A stretch of 64,000 bases of DNA. It comes from an uncultured bacterium. GTDB lineage: Bacteria > Patescibacteriota > Patescibacteriia > CAIQCM01. This document shows positions 39,208 through 49,701 of this stretch, in pieces; position 1 is the first letter of the stretch, and each line of letters starts with the position of its first letter. The notes under the pieces are model-generated. The model saw only the letters and a list, made by a program, of their open reading frames with translations. It had not been told where the DNA came from and searched no databases. The stretch lies in the NCBI GenBank assembly GCA_963708045.1, contig OY970181.1:131740-195739 (forward strand), given 5' to 3'. The position numbers and the translations under genes are program-made.

Positions 39208-39747
39208 TTACCAGCTTCGTGCGTCGGGAGTAGAAACCTGCCAAGCCCAAGTTAGTCTCACCGGATCAACGAATGGATCAGTCGCACTCATTATACCTTC
39301 GGGAGTACAGTGGGCTAATAATTTATAATCTGTCCCGTTTGACCTGTAATAATAACAATTAGAACTCGGCGACGTTAGACAGCCGGCGTTTGCACTACTG
39401 GTATTTCCCTTGCCGCTATTTGGGTCATGCGGCAGTTGCGCCATATAAGAAGAAAAATTTGGTATCCACGCGCCAGCACCAGAGTCGGGATATGAATTAA
39501 CGCTTGCACAATTACCAAACCATGAAAGCACACCCGTAACTGGTGGCACCAGTGTAGGCGGATATCCATTATTATCGGCATAATATAATTCTAACGCTTT
39601 TGAAACTTGTACTAGGTTTGCCTTACGCTGAGCGTTCCTTGAATTCATTCTTGTCGCACTTAAAGACACCACCGCGATCGTACCAAGGAGGCCGATAATA
39701 GCGATGACGACAAGAAGCTCAATTAAAGTGAAAGCGCGATGGGACAT
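39208..39747 (-). CDS. Type IV pilin / GspG-like protein (paralogue of 19280-19834)
   Basis: AFTLIELL; QRKANL..V.KALELYYAD; LPHDPN; CTPEG. Confidence 0.9.
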   Translation of the reverse strand: MSHRAFTLIELLVVIAIIGLLGTIAVVSLSATRMNSRNAQRKANLVQVSKALELYYADNNGYPPTLVPPVTGVLSWFGNCASVNSYPDSGAGAWIPNFSSYMAQLPHDPNSGKGNTSSANAGCLTSPSSNCYYYRSNGTDYKLLAHCTPEGIMSATDPFVDPVRLTWAWQVSTPDARSW

Positions 39748-39849
39748 GACGGAATATCTAATGTCTAATTTCTAATCCGACTAGTGAGTGATAATTTGTT
39801 TATTGTTTTTAGTGCGATTTTATTTTCACCACTTTCTTTAACGAATGTG

Positions 39850-40341
39850 TTAATTTAAATTCACTATACATTCAATAAAGTTAGCGTTCACTGTGCGAAC
39901 CGTTCCCATTCCACAAGTTGCCGGGGGGGTAAGTAAATAATCTATGGCAGGTTGACCACCGTAAGATGCTGATGGAGAGCCGTTGTAAATATAACCGCCA
40001 TAGCCGCGTGAATTTTTATCATCAGGATCGGTGGGTTTGTTTATGAAAGGAGTAAAGAAAGCATCCACTGTTCCGCTTACAGGATATATAGAAAAACCGC
40101 CCGTGCATGAGGAACTTATACATTTCCAAAAATTACCGCCCGTATCTGGATACGCGCCATTGGCATCAAACCCTAGGTTAAAAGCAGTCACTAGTTGTTT
40201 TACATCGGCAATTCGTTTGGCGTTTAGAGATCGGCTTCGCGCTGTACTCAAACTCATCACCGCAATCGTGCCAAGGAGGCCGATAATCGCGATGACGACC
40301 AGAAGTTCAATTAAGGTGAAAGCGCGATGAGTGTTAAGCAT
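39850..40341 (-). CDS. Type IV pilin-like protein
   Basis: HRAFTLIELL; KRIADVKQL; PTDP; paired Cys. Confidence 0.88.
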   Translation of the reverse strand: MLNTHRAFTLIELLVVIAIIGLLGTIAVMSLSTARSRSLNAKRIADVKQLVTAFNLGFDANGAYPDTGGNFWKCISSSCTGGFSIYPVSGTVDAFFTPFINKPTDPDDKNSRGYGGYIYNGSPSASYGGQPAIDYLLTPPATCGMGTVRTVNANFIECIVNLN

Positions 40342-40478
40342 GGGGCTTGTGGCAAATGGCTTGTAGAAAATTACGAATACATTATACCACTATAACAAAA
40401 ACTCCCCCGTTTTATTGAGGGAGTTTTTGGTTTAGCTATTTAGCCATTTGCCACAAGCTGCAAACCCCATTATCCGTC

Positions 40479-40769
40479 TTACCGATTCGGAAAAGGTTCC
40501 AGAGCAAAAATGGATTTAGCCTCAGTGTCGTTTAAAACATTTTTCTTGTTCAAAAGATTGACGAGAAGTTTAACTTTTTCGTCTTCTTTGCGCATCATCA
40601 CAACCATATCGCCTTTCATATCCAAAAGCTTGTCATCAAGATAATCCTTGGTGACCATGATAGATTTAATCTGCGTAATTTCGCCTTTTATAGAGGCCAG
40701 ATCTTGATCCACTCGGTTTGAAAACTCACCAATGGCTTCAAGAATTTCATTTTTAGAAGCGTCTTCCAT
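40479..40769 (-). CDS. Small coiled-coil hypothetical protein
   Basis: EILEAIGEFS...MVTKDYLDDKL...MRKEDEK; flanked by duplicated terminators. Confidence 0.75.
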   Translation of the reverse strand: MEDASKNEILEAIGEFSNRVDQDLASIKGEITQIKSIMVTKDYLDDKLLDMKGDMVVMMRKEDEKVKLLVNLLNKKNVLNDTEAKSIFALEPFPNR

Positions 40770-40813
40770 ATACAGATAACATATACCTCTTTCCGGCCAA
40801 GTTCAAGGATATG

Positions 40814-40847
40814 CAAAAACTCCCCCGTTTTATTGAGGGAGTTTTTG
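40814..40847. terminator. rpoC terminator (duplicated at 40396-40429)
   Basis: CAAAAACTCCC-ccgttttattga-GGGAGTTTTTG. Confidence 0.7.
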
Positions 40848-40864
40848 TTTCTATTTGCTATTTA

Positions 40865-40910
40865 GCCATTTGCCACGAGCCACGTGCTACGTGCCACAAG
40901 CCACGCGCCA
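40865..40910. repeat. Heptamer tandem array, GCCACGT type
   Basis: GCCATTT GCCACGA GCCACGT GCTACGT GCCACAA GCCACGC directly after the rpoC stop. Confidence 0.8.
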
Positions 40911-40911
40911 A

Positions 40912-43900
40912 CTAATCGCGCGGGACGTTGTAGCCGGTACCGGCAGGAATCAAGCGGCCGATGATGACGTTTTCCTTGAGGCCGTCCAACGGATCAAGCT
41001 TGCCCGTAAGCGAAGCGTTGATGAGCACTTTGGCGGTTTCTTGGAAGGACGCAGCTGAGAGCCAAGAACGAGTGGAAAGCGAGATTTTGGTAATACCCAT
41101 AAACATCACACTACCCTCGGCAATCTTGCCCTTAGCCTTTTTGACGGTTGCGTTCGCGTCGTCAAATTCGGCGCGTTCCACAACTTCGCCCGGAAGCAAA
41201 TCCGTGTCGCCCGACTCGGTCACAGTAATGCGGCCGAACATCTGGCGAATAATTGTTTCAATATGTTTGTCGTTAAGGCGCTGTCCTTGTGACGAGTAAA
41301 TCGTCTGAATGTCCTTAAGGAGATAACGCTGAACGGCGTCGCGGCCTTTAAAGGTAAAGAGTTCGTGCAAGTCTAAGTCGCCTTCGGTAAGTTGGTCGCC
41401 AGGCGTAACCATATCGCCATCTTTAACATAGAGAACATAACCTGGCGGAATGATAAATTCTTTTGAACCATTTACCTCGCGAACAATCTTCACTGTTTTT
41501 TCGCCGACTTCCACAATGCCGCCGTTTTCACAAGTCAGTTCGGTGCCATTTTTCTTAATGACAATCACTTGCCCCGGAATAACTTCGGCTTTGGTTTTTA
41601 CTTCCACCTTATCGCCCTTGCCGATCTTCACAATTTCTTCGGCATTCTCTTTATATGTAATGCGGATAATTTTTTGACCTGGGAAGGTTTCCAAAACTTT
41701 CTTGCCGCTTGCTGATTCAATAACTTTGCGTTCAACTTCTTCAAGCGTCACCTTGCCGGCAACATCGGTCGTAATCGCCCGGCGCTTTGGCGCGCGCGCT
41801 TCAAATAATTCTTCAACGCGCGGCAAACCCTGGGTAATGTCCAAGCCGGCGACGCCGCCAGAGTGGAAAGTACGCATCGTAAGCTGGGTGCCAGGTTCGC
41901 CAATGGACTGCGCGGCGATAATACCAACCGCCGTACCAAACTTAACTGGATTGTTGGAAGCAAGGTCAAGTCCGTAACATTTCTGACAAACGCCTTTGGA
42001 CATTCGGCAAGTAAGGACGGAGCGAATTTTGACTTCGGTAACGCCAGCCTTGCCAATCTCGCGTGACAATTCGTCGGTAACATATTCGCCCTTGGCCACG
42101 ATAACCTTTTTGGTTTTCGGATTAACCACGTCTTCCGCGATATTGCGGGAAAGAACGCGAGCGGCCAAAGTCTGTCCCATTGCTTCGGATTCTTTTCCAA
42201 TAACCAAGTAACCGTCTTCGTCGCCGCAGTCTTCCATTCGAACAATCGTGTCTTGAGCCACGTCAACCAAGCGGCGCGTAAGATAACCGGCGTTCGCCGT
42301 ACGAAGGGCGGTGTCGGCCAAACCTTTACGCGAACCGTGCGTACTAATAAAGTACTCAAGCACGTCAATACCTTCTTTAAATGATTTTTTGACCGGGAGT
42401 TCAATAATTTCACCGGCTGGGTTGGACACTGGACCTTTCATACCAACCATCTGTGTGAGCTGTGACCAAGAACCGCGAGCGCCGGACTCTACCATTGAGA
42501 AGACCGGACCCGACTTGTTCATCTGTTCCTTGGAAAGCTTAACAATCTTGTCCTTAACATCCATCCACACTTCAACAATTTTACTGTGGCGTTCGGAAAC
42601 GGTGAGCAAACCTTCGTTGTACTGTTCTTCAATTTCTTGTACGCGCTTGTCGCCAGCATTAATTTCTTCGGCTTTGCCTTTAAGGTCAGGCAGGTAATCC
42701 ATACCCCAAGAAAAGCCGGACTTGGTGATGTACTTAAAGCCGATTGTTTTAAGATCGTCCAAAAATTTCGCCGTGCGATCTAGGCCTTCGTTAACAATGG
42801 AGCGCTTTACGATCTCACCAATCTTTTTGGCGTCAAGGTGATCGTTTACAAAGCCGATTGTTTCTGGGAGCACGCGGTTAAGAATAACGCGTCCAACCGA
42901 AGTCTGAACAATTTCCATTGTCTTCCCCGTGCCGCGGCGGATGCGGCAAGGTTCTTGCAATTTAACTTTACCCATTTCAAACGCTTGAATCGCTTCGCCT
43001 TCCGAACCAAAAGCCTTCATCTTTTCCGGAACTGGCGCGCTCGCGGTCATATAATAACAACCCCAAACAATGTCGCGGTTAGGCGTACAAATTGGCGAAC
43101 CGTGCGCGGGCTTGAGTAAGTTTTTGGTAGACAACATTAATTCGCGCGCTTCGGTTTTTGCTTCTTCAGTCAAGGGCACGTGAACAGCCATTTGGTCGCC
43201 GTCAAAGTCGGCGTTAAAGGCAGTACAAACGAGCGGATGAATTTGGATCGCCTTACCTTCGATAAGCACCGGCTGGAAAGCCTGAATACCGAGGCGGTGC
43301 AAGGTTGGAGCGCGGTTAAGAAGCACGAGCGCGTCCTTGGTTATTTCTTCAAGAAAGTCCCAAACTTCGGCGTGGTTGGCTTCAATAAAACGGTTGGCCG
43401 AGCGGATGTTGTGAACAAAGCCGCGGTTGATAAGCTTGGAGATAACGAACGGTTTAAAAAGTTCCAAGGCCATTCGTTTTGGAATACCGCATTGGTGCAA
43501 AAGCAAATTAGGACCGACAACGATAACTGAGCGGCCAGAGTAGTCAATGCGTTTGCCAAGCAAGTTTTGGCGGAAGCGTCCTTGCTTTCCTTTAAGCACA
43601 TCGGCAAGCGACTTAAGCTGACGCTTGTGGCCGCTTGAAGCAACGACGGTTTTGGATTGACGCGCCGAGTTGTCAATAAAGGCGTCAACCGCTTCCTGAA
43701 GCATGCGCTTTTCATTTCTGGTAATGACTTCGGGCGCATTTAATTCCAACAAACGCTTTAAGCGGTTGTTGCGGTTAATAACGCGGCGATAGAGATCGTT
43801 CAAGTCGGAAGTGGCAAAACGTCCGCCATCAAGCGGCACCATTGGGCGAAGGTCGGGCGGGATGATCGGAATGTTTACCATAATCATCCACTCGGGACGA

Positions 43901-44808
43901 ATCTTGTTGACCTTCATTGAGTGCAAGAGCTTCATTCGGCGCACCATGCGTTCAACTTTGGCGCCGGTTGATTCGCTGATCTGCACTTTAAGCGCTTCAA
44001 TCGTTTTTTCCAAATCAATTTTCCGCAACAGTTCGCGAATCGCTTCGGCACCGATCCCCGCTTCAAAAAGATGACCGTATTTAAGCGAGAATTCGTGATA
44101 CGTTGCTTCGGAAATAATGTTAAGCGGGAAAATTTCTTTAAGGTCGCTTTCGGCGATTTTGAAATCTTCTTCAAGTTCGCCAAGTTTGCGATCTTTGTTT
44201 TTGAGCGCTTCATCCAAGCGCGAAGTTTTTTTGCTGGCCTTTTCGCCTTCAATATTTTCCGAATTTATTCGCGTAAGGGCTTGCTCGTATTCGTTTTCAA
44301 TTTGTTTTTTCTTGCCCTTGTATTCGTTCTTGATTTGCTCCAAGGTTTCCTCTTTTAATTTTTCATCAACTTTGGTGATGATAAAGGAAGCAAAGTAGAT
44401 GATCTTTTCCAAATTGATCACGGAAAGATCAAGCACGAGACCGATTTTTGAGGGCACGCCACGGAGGTACCAAATGTGCGACACCGGCGCGACAAGTTCA
44501 ATGTGTCCCATTCGTTCGCGGCGAACGAGCGAAGTGGTTACTTCCACGCCGCACTTGTCGCAGACGATTCCCTTGTAGCGAATCTTTTTATATTTTCCGC
44601 AGTAGCACTCCCAGTCTTTGGACGGCCCGAAAATTTCTTCGGCAAAGAGACCACTCTTTTCCGGTTTTTGCGTGCGGTAGTTGATGGTTTCGGGTTTAGT
44701 GACTTCGCCGTGCGACCAAGCGCGAATGACTTCGGGTGAAGCCAAGCGCAAACGAATGGAGTCAAAGTCGGCGATTTTTAGTTGTTCACGATTTTCAAAA
44801 GGATTCAT
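40912..44808 (-). CDS. rpoC: RNA polymerase subunit beta'
   Basis: NADFDGD catalytic motif, KPETINYRT, GRFRQNLLGKR, SIGEPGTQLTMRTFH. Confidence 0.99.
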   Translation of the reverse strand: MNPFENREQLKIADFDSIRLRLASPEVIRAWSHGEVTKPETINYRTQKPEKSGLFAEEIFGPSKDWECYCGKYKKIRYKGIVCDKCGVEVTTSLVRRERMGHIELVAPVSHIWYLRGVPSKIGLVLDLSVINLEKIIYFASFIITKVDEKLKEETLEQIKNEYKGKKKQIENEYEQALTRINSENIEGEKASKKTSRLDEALKNKDRKLGELEEDFKIAESDLKEIFPLNIISEATYHEFSLKYGHLFEAGIGAEAIRELLRKIDLEKTIEALKVQISESTGAKVERMVRRMKLLHSMKVNKIRPEWMIMVNIPIIPPDLRPMVPLDGGRFATSDLNDLYRRVINRNNRLKRLLELNAPEVITRNEKRMLQEAVDAFIDNSARQSKTVVASSGHKRQLKSLADVLKGKQGRFRQNLLGKRIDYSGRSVIVVGPNLLLHQCGIPKRMALELFKPFVISKLINRGFVHNIRSANRFIEANHAEVWDFLEEITKDALVLLNRAPTLHRLGIQAFQPVLIEGKAIQIHPLVCTAFNADFDGDQMAVHVPLTEEAKTEARELMLSTKNLLKPAHGSPICTPNRDIVWGCYYMTASAPVPEKMKAFGSEGEAIQAFEMGKVKLQEPCRIRRGTGKTMEIVQTSVGRVILNRVLPETIGFVNDHLDAKKIGEIVKRSIVNEGLDRTAKFLDDLKTIGFKYITKSGFSWGMDYLPDLKGKAEEINAGDKRVQEIEEQYNEGLLTVSERHSKIVEVWMDVKDKIVKLSKEQMNKSGPVFSMVESGARGSWSQLTQMVGMKGPVSNPAGEIIELPVKKSFKEGIDVLEYFISTHGSRKGLADTALRTANAGYLTRRLVDVAQDTIVRMEDCGDEDGYLVIGKESEAMGQTLAARVLSRNIAEDVVNPKTKKVIVAKGEYVTDELSREIGKAGVTEVKIRSVLTCRMSKGVCQKCYGLDLASNNPVKFGTAVGIIAAQSIGEPGTQLTMRTFHSGGVAGLDITQGLPRVEELFEARAPKRRAITTDVAGKVTLEEVERKVIESASGKKVLETFPGQKIIRITYKENAEEIVKIGKGDKVEVKTKAEVIPGQVIVIKKNGTELTCENGGIVEVGEKTVKIVREVNGSKEFIIPPGYVLYVKDGDMVTPGDQLTEGDLDLHELFTFKGRDAVQRYLLKDIQTIYSSQGQRLNDKHIETIIRQMFGRITVTESGDTDLLPGEVVERAEFDDANATVKKAKGKIAEGSVMFMGITKISLSTRSWLSAASFQETAKVLINASLTGKLDPLDGLKENVIIGRLIPAGTGYNVPRD

Positions 44809-44816
44809 AATTAACG

Positions 44817-44846
44817 AGGGTTTAGGGTTTAGTGTTTAGGGTTTAG
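44817..44846. repeat. Heptamer tandem array, AGGGTTT type, in the rpoB-rpoC spacer
   Basis: AGGGTTT AGGGTTT AGTGTTT AGGGTTT. Confidence 0.75.
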
Positions 44847-47800
44847 TTATGACGACCCTCATTTTCTGGTGGCGCGACCTTTTCTTTTGTGGACATATCC
44901 ACGCGAACATTGTTTTTGAGAAGTTCCACGTCCAAGCCCAATCCTTTAAGTTCACGAATAAGGACGTTGAATGATTCTGGAACGTTTAATTTTTTGATCG
45001 GCTCGCCTTTGATAATTGATTCGTAGGCTTTGGAGCGGCCGGCGACATCGTCGGATTTGATGGTAAGAATTTCCTGAAGGGTGTGTGCCGCGCCGTATGC
45101 CTCCAAGGCCCAGACTTCCATTTCGCCGAAACGCTGACCTCCGAATTGCGCCTTACCGCCCAAAGGCTGTTGCGTGATAAGCGAGTACGGACCAATGGAG
45201 CGCTGGTGGATTTTATCTTCCACCATGTGGTCAAGTTTGAGAATGTAGTTGTAACCAACCGTCGCTTTGTTGTCGTACGGTTCGCCAGTGCGGCCGTCAA
45301 AGAGACCAATCTGACCGTCTCGTGGGAAGCCGGCGGCTTCAAGTTCGTTTTTAATGTTGGTTTCGTTGCAGCCGTCCAAAACCGCCGAAGCCACGTTATA
45401 ACCCAAAGCGTTGGCCGCGAGACCCAAGTGCGTTTCCAAAATCTGTCCAAGGTTCATACGCGAGACAACGCCAAGCGGCGACAAGATAATGTCAATCGGC
45501 GTGCCGTCGGCAAGGAATGGCATATCCTGAATCGGCACGATGCGCGAGATAACACCTTTGTTACCGTGACGGCCGGCGACTTTGTCGCCGACTTGAATTT
45601 TGCGGAGGTCGGCAACGGCCACCTGAATAGACTGAATAACGCCCGGCGGCAATTTGTCGCCCGCGTCGCGCGAGAAAACTTTTATGTCAACAACTTTGCC
45701 GTGCTTGCCTTGTTCCAGGTAAAGCGATGAGTCGCGCACGTCGCGAGCTTTTTCACCAAAGATGGCGCGTAAAAGTTTTTCTTCGGCCGAAAGTTCGGTT
45801 TCACCCTTGGGCGTAATTTTTCCAACCAGGATGTCGCCGGAAGTAACTTCGGCGCCAATGCGGATGATTCCTTGTTCGTCCAAATTTTTTAATTTTTCTT
45901 CGGACACGTTCGGGATGTCGGAAGTAATTTGTTCCGGTCCGAGTTTGGTGTCGCGAACTTCCACCGTCCAGTTTTCAATATGAATGGAAGTAAAGCGGTC
46001 GTCTTCTACCATTCGCTCGGAAACGATAACCGCGTCTTCGTAGTTGTAACCGTCCCAAGAAAGATAAGCAACGAGAACGTTTTGTCCGAGCGCGAGTTCG
46101 CCCTGGTCAACGGCGCCGCCGTCAATTAGACCCGAACCAACCTTAACCTTGTCGCCGCGATTTACCGATGGGCGCTGGTTAAGACAAGTTGACGAGTTCG
46201 TGCGCATAAACTTGTTTACGCGGTAGGTCTTAAGTCCGCCTTCACTGTCCTTGACCGTCACGTGCGCGCCATCTATTTCAACAACTTCGCCGTCAACGTC
46301 AGATACAACCACTTGGCCGGAGTCGCGCGCGGCGCGGCCTTCAACACCCGTGCCGATAATCGGCGCGTCGGGCTTAATGGTTGGAACGGCTTGGCGTTGC
46401 ATGTTCGTACCCATAAGCGCGCGGTTGCCGTCGTCGTGTTCCAAGAAAGGAATAAGCGAGGTCGCAATAGAAACAATTTGTTTTGAGGAAACGTCCATAT
46501 ACTGGACTTCGGAAACATCGGCCACGCCTGGTTCGCCCAAACGACGCACGGCAACTTTGTCCTGCACAAAATGGCCGTCTTTGTCGGTCGGCGTTGTGGC
46601 TGGAAGGGTGATGGCTTTTTCTTCGGCAAAAGCGTTTAAGTAGACAATCTCGTCCGTGACTTTCATTTTTCCAGTTTTGTCTTTAACGACTTTGCGGTAA
46701 GGAGTTTCAATAAATCCGTATTCATTGACGCGGGCGAATGATGCCAAGTGGCCGACCAAACCAATGTTCGGACCTTCTGGCGTCGCGATCGGACAAATGC
46801 GGCCGTAGTGAGTTGGGTGCACGTCGCGGACGTCAAAGCCGGCGCGTTCGCGCGAAAGTCCGCCTGGACCCATCGCCGAAAGACGGCGCTTGTGTTCAAG
46901 CTCGGCCAGCGGATTGTGCTGATCCATAAACTGCGAAAGCTGGGATGACATAAAGAACTCGCGGATCGCGCCAATCACCGGTCGCGCGTTTACAAGTTTG
47001 CCTGGCGTAAGAAGCGACATATCCATCGTGGACATTCTGTCTTTTACAATGCGCTCCATACGAGCCAAGCCGACGCGGAAACGATTTTGCACCAGCTCGC
47101 CGACCGCGCGGACGCGGCGGTTTCCAAGATGGTCAACATCGTCAGCTTCTTCTTGCGTGATGTTCAAGTGAATAATCTCTTTAATGATGGTAATGACATC
47201 GTCCTTCGTTAGCATGCGCTTGGTTGGATCGTCTAGGTCGGCGTCGGTCCAATTTTTTGCAGCAAAGCGCTGGATAAATTTGTAGCGACCAACTTTACCA
47301 AGGTCGTAGCGCGCGGTGTTCCAGAACATTGAAGAGACAAGCGAGCGCGCGTTGTCCACGGTCGCGAGATCGCCCGGGCGAATGCGCTTGTAAACTTCAA
47401 TCATACCTTCGTCTTCGTTTGTGGAAGGATCCTTGTCAATCGTATTTTGAATGTAACGAATAGAAGGATGAATGTCGGCGCTTTCAAAAGTTTTCAAAAT
47501 TTCTTCGTTCGTGCCAATGCCAAAAGCGCGGAGCAAAGCCGTGACCGGCGCTTTGCGCTTGCGGTCAATTTTGACCCAGATAACATTGGAGGCGTCGGTT
47601 TCCATTTCCAACCACGCGCCGCGGTTAGGAATAATTTTGGCGCCGTAATAATGACGGCCGCGGAAAGGTTCGGTCGTAAAAAAGACACCCGAAGAACGGA
47701 CGAGCTGCGAGACCACCACGCGCTCAATGCCGTTAATCACAAAGGTGCCGCGCTCGGTCATCACCGGCACGTCGCCCAAATAAATTTCTTGTTCCTTAAC

Positions 47801-48115
47801 ATCTTTGGTGCGATTGTTGGTAAGCACTGCTCTCACCCGAAGCGGCGCTTCAAAATTAATATTTTTTTCTTGGGACGTGCGCTCGTCAAACTTTGGCTCG
47901 TCCAAATAATAATCCGTAAACCGGAGCTCTAGGTCGCGGCCGATAAAATCTTTGATCGGACTAATTTCGTCAAAAAGTTCGCGCACACCTTTTTCAAGAA
48001 ACCATTTGTAGGAATCTTTTTGAATTTCTATTAAATTCGGGAGCGGAAGAAATTCGGTGGTGAGTCCGAAATTTCGCCGTTCTTTTTCCGTTGGCTTTTG
48101 GCGTTTGAAGATCAT
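44843..48115 (-). CDS. rpoB: RNA polymerase subunit beta
   Basis: [44 protein letters not shown]. Confidence 0.99.
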   Translation of the reverse strand: MIFKRQKPTEKERRNFGLTTEFLPLPNLIEIQKDSYKWFLEKGVRELFDEISPIKDFIGRDLELRFTDYYLDEPKFDERTSQEKNINFEAPLRVRAVLTNNRTKDVKEQEIYLGDVPVMTERGTFVINGIERVVVSQLVRSSGVFFTTEPFRGRHYYGAKIIPNRGAWLEMETDASNVIWVKIDRKRKAPVTALLRAFGIGTNEEILKTFESADIHPSIRYIQNTIDKDPSTNEDEGMIEVYKRIRPGDLATVDNARSLVSSMFWNTARYDLGKVGRYKFIQRFAAKNWTDADLDDPTKRMLTKDDVITIIKEIIHLNITQEEADDVDHLGNRRVRAVGELVQNRFRVGLARMERIVKDRMSTMDMSLLTPGKLVNARPVIGAIREFFMSSQLSQFMDQHNPLAELEHKRRLSAMGPGGLSRERAGFDVRDVHPTHYGRICPIATPEGPNIGLVGHLASFARVNEYGFIETPYRKVVKDKTGKMKVTDEIVYLNAFAEEKAITLPATTPTDKDGHFVQDKVAVRRLGEPGVADVSEVQYMDVSSKQIVSIATSLIPFLEHDDGNRALMGTNMQRQAVPTIKPDAPIIGTGVEGRAARDSGQVVVSDVDGEVVEIDGAHVTVKDSEGGLKTYRVNKFMRTNSSTCLNQRPSVNRGDKVKVGSGLIDGGAVDQGELALGQNVLVAYLSWDGYNYEDAVIVSERMVEDDRFTSIHIENWTVEVRDTKLGPEQITSDIPNVSEEKLKNLDEQGIIRIGAEVTSGDILVGKITPKGETELSAEEKLLRAIFGEKARDVRDSSLYLEQGKHGKVVDIKVFSRDAGDKLPPGVIQSIQVAVADLRKIQVGDKVAGRHGNKGVISRIVPIQDMPFLADGTPIDIILSPLGVVSRMNLGQILETHLGLAANALGYNVASAVLDGCNETNIKNELEAAGFPRDGQIGLFDGRTGEPYDNKATVGYNYILKLDHMVEDKIHQRSIGPYSLITQQPLGGKAQFGGQRFGEMEVWALEAYGAAHTLQEILTIKSDDVAGRSKAYESIIKGEPIKKLNVPESFNVLIRELKGLGLDVELLKNNVRVDMSTKEKVAPPENEGRHN

Positions 48116-48147
48116 GGTGGTTTGATCTGTTTAATTATTAGACGCTG

Positions 48148-48223
48148 GAGATTAGAGGTTTGAAATTAGAGTGAAGAAGTTCGTCGTCCGTCTTCTAACA
48201 TCTAGTCTCAAATCTCTAATCTC
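48148..48223. repeat. Inverted ATTAGAG/CTCTAAT heptamer cassette (inverted relative at 48877-48948)
   Basis: GAGATTAGAG... short core ...CTCTAATCTC; its reverse complement resembles 48877-48948. Confidence 0.65.
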
Positions 48224-48493
48224 AATTTTTTTAGAATACAAAAAACCGCCCACGCCTCCAGCCGTCGTTCAATCGGGCCGTGAAGCATTGGGACAGGGTA
48301 AGATTTTAATTGGGGAGAAGTTTAGGCATGCGCGCGGATCGCAGGCCTTATCTGCCGCTTACGGCAAGCAGTAAAGCAAGCGAGCGTGGTTGTACAGCGG
48401 ATAAAACCGCTCCGGATAGCCCGAGCGGTTCTAAATCTGTATTTCTTGCTTTAAAGCTACCTCCGGACGGAGGTTTTGTCAACACTCTTTACG

Positions 48494-48580
48494 AACTTTT
48501 AACTTTTAACTTTTAACTTTTCAAAAAATGGCTAATTTTATACTTTTTTCTTCACTAAAAGTTAACAGTTAAAAGTTAAC
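48494..48580. repeat. Inverted AACTTTT/AAAAGTT heptamer cassette
   Basis: Four AACTTTT units, 35-nt spacer, three AAAAGTT/AACAGTT units. Confidence 0.8.
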
Positions 48581-48590
48581 ACCTCAACGG

Positions 48591-48619
48591 TTGACATTTT
48601 ATCCACAACGTGCTATAGT
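48591..48619 (+). promoter_or_regulatory. Near-consensus sigma70 promoter with a DnaA box in the spacer
   Basis: TTGACA-17 nt-TATAGT, TG extension; TTATCCACA at 48599-48607. Confidence 0.65.
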
Positions 48620-48768
48620 ACTTTGTTAATGATTCTCTGAGGAGAGAGTTATCTGACAAACGCTTTAGCCTTTCTTGGGAGAGAAAAGGCTGATTCCAGA
48701 CTCTGGAGAGAGTCAAAAAGGCATTCTTGTTCAGCAGGAGATGCTTCTTTGTTTATTACTCTTATGTA

Positions 48769-48870
48769 ACGGCGTCATCCCGAGGATACGAGGGAACTCA
48801 AAGTCTCAAAGAAAACTTAGAGCTTCCTCGCCCTGGACAAAACGTCCTTACGGGCTCGGAATGACGGCGA
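48769..48870. repeat. Palindromic element, 102-bp direct repeat copy 1
   Basis: Identical to 49596-49697. Confidence 0.9.
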
Positions 48871-49077
48871 GAAAAAGAGATTAGATGTTAGAGATTAGAT
48901 TTTAGAAGACGGAGGACAAACTTCTACATTCAAAGCTCAAATCTCTAAGATCTATTATTCTTTCCAATAAAGTTCATGAGGGTCGTGAATTTCATTGGGA
49001 AGAAACAGAAAGTTCATCACAACATCTGGCTCGTAAAACGAGTCACGCAGTCCAGCGTAACGGGCGGGAGACATACG

Positions 49078-49293
49078 ATGAAGGGGAAAAAGATTGACGC
49101 CATAACCAACTACCTTTTTTTCTTCGGTTTTATAACGACCTTCGTGGCGATCGTATTTGCGATCCACCATCTGGTCACGGACAATCTTGTATCTGAAAAG
49201 ATTACCGTTGCATGCGCTTCTTTGGCTCTTGTGGCGGTAGCTGCCATCTTGCTGTGTTGTTGGATTGAACGATTCATAAAACGAATTTCGTAA
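49078..49293 (+). CDS. Small two-TM membrane protein
   Basis: GGGAG RBS before ATG 49078 (MKGKK...); two hydrophobic helices; an upstream start at 48976 is possible. Confidence 0.5.
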   Translation: MKGKKIDAITNYLFFFGFITTFVAIVFAIHHLVTDNLVSEKITVACASLALVAVAAILLCCWIERFIKRIS

Positions 49294-49344
49294 CACGACA
49301 CAAGTACACAACAACCGGCCTAACGGCCACACATTTGCCTAGTG

Positions 49345-49485
49345 ATGGGCAAGAAAGGCTTCGTCGTGAAGAAAGAGAAGAAAGATACAGCTTTCACAAT
49401 GACCTTGTGGAACAAAATCGTCCTTGCTGCAATCTGCTTGCTGATTCTAATTCCAGTAGTCGCCAGCGTCATCGTTTGGCACTAA
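49345..49485 (+). CDS. 46-aa single-TM peptide
   Basis: MGKKGFVVKKEKKDTAFTMTLWNKIVLAAICLLILIPVVASVIVWH*; below the ORF-track cutoff. Confidence 0.4.
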   Translation: MGKKGFVVKKEKKDTAFTMTLWNKIVLAAICLLILIPVVASVIVWH

Positions 49486-49595
49486 CAACAACCTCAACGC
49501 GAGCGCACTTTGGTGGATAACAACCACCCCGTGCGCCTCTCAACAGAGCTCACAAAGAAAATATCTTTGCTGGCTCTCTGAGAAACAACCAACAC

Positions 49596-49697
49596 ACGGC
49601 GTCATCCCGAGGATACGAGGGAACTCAAAGTCTCAAAGAAAACTTAGAGCTTCCTCGCCCTGGACAAAACGTCCTTACGGGCTCGGAATGACGGCGA
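49596..49697. repeat. Palindromic element, 102-bp direct repeat copy 2
   Basis: Identical to 48769-48870. Confidence 0.9.
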
Positions 49698-49701
49698 AAT
49701 A

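Noticed and set aside
35280-40341. Diversity-generating retroelement (Avd-like gene plus near-duplicate pilins)
   Set aside because: No reverse transcriptase in the window, and I could not find a template/variable repeat pair with adenine-specific differences; both paralogues are intact ORFs.
30607-44846. TTTAGGG runs as plant-type telomere repeats or eukaryotic contamination
   Set aside because: Only four degenerate units each, embedded in bacterial gene junctions; they fit the general period-7 pattern.
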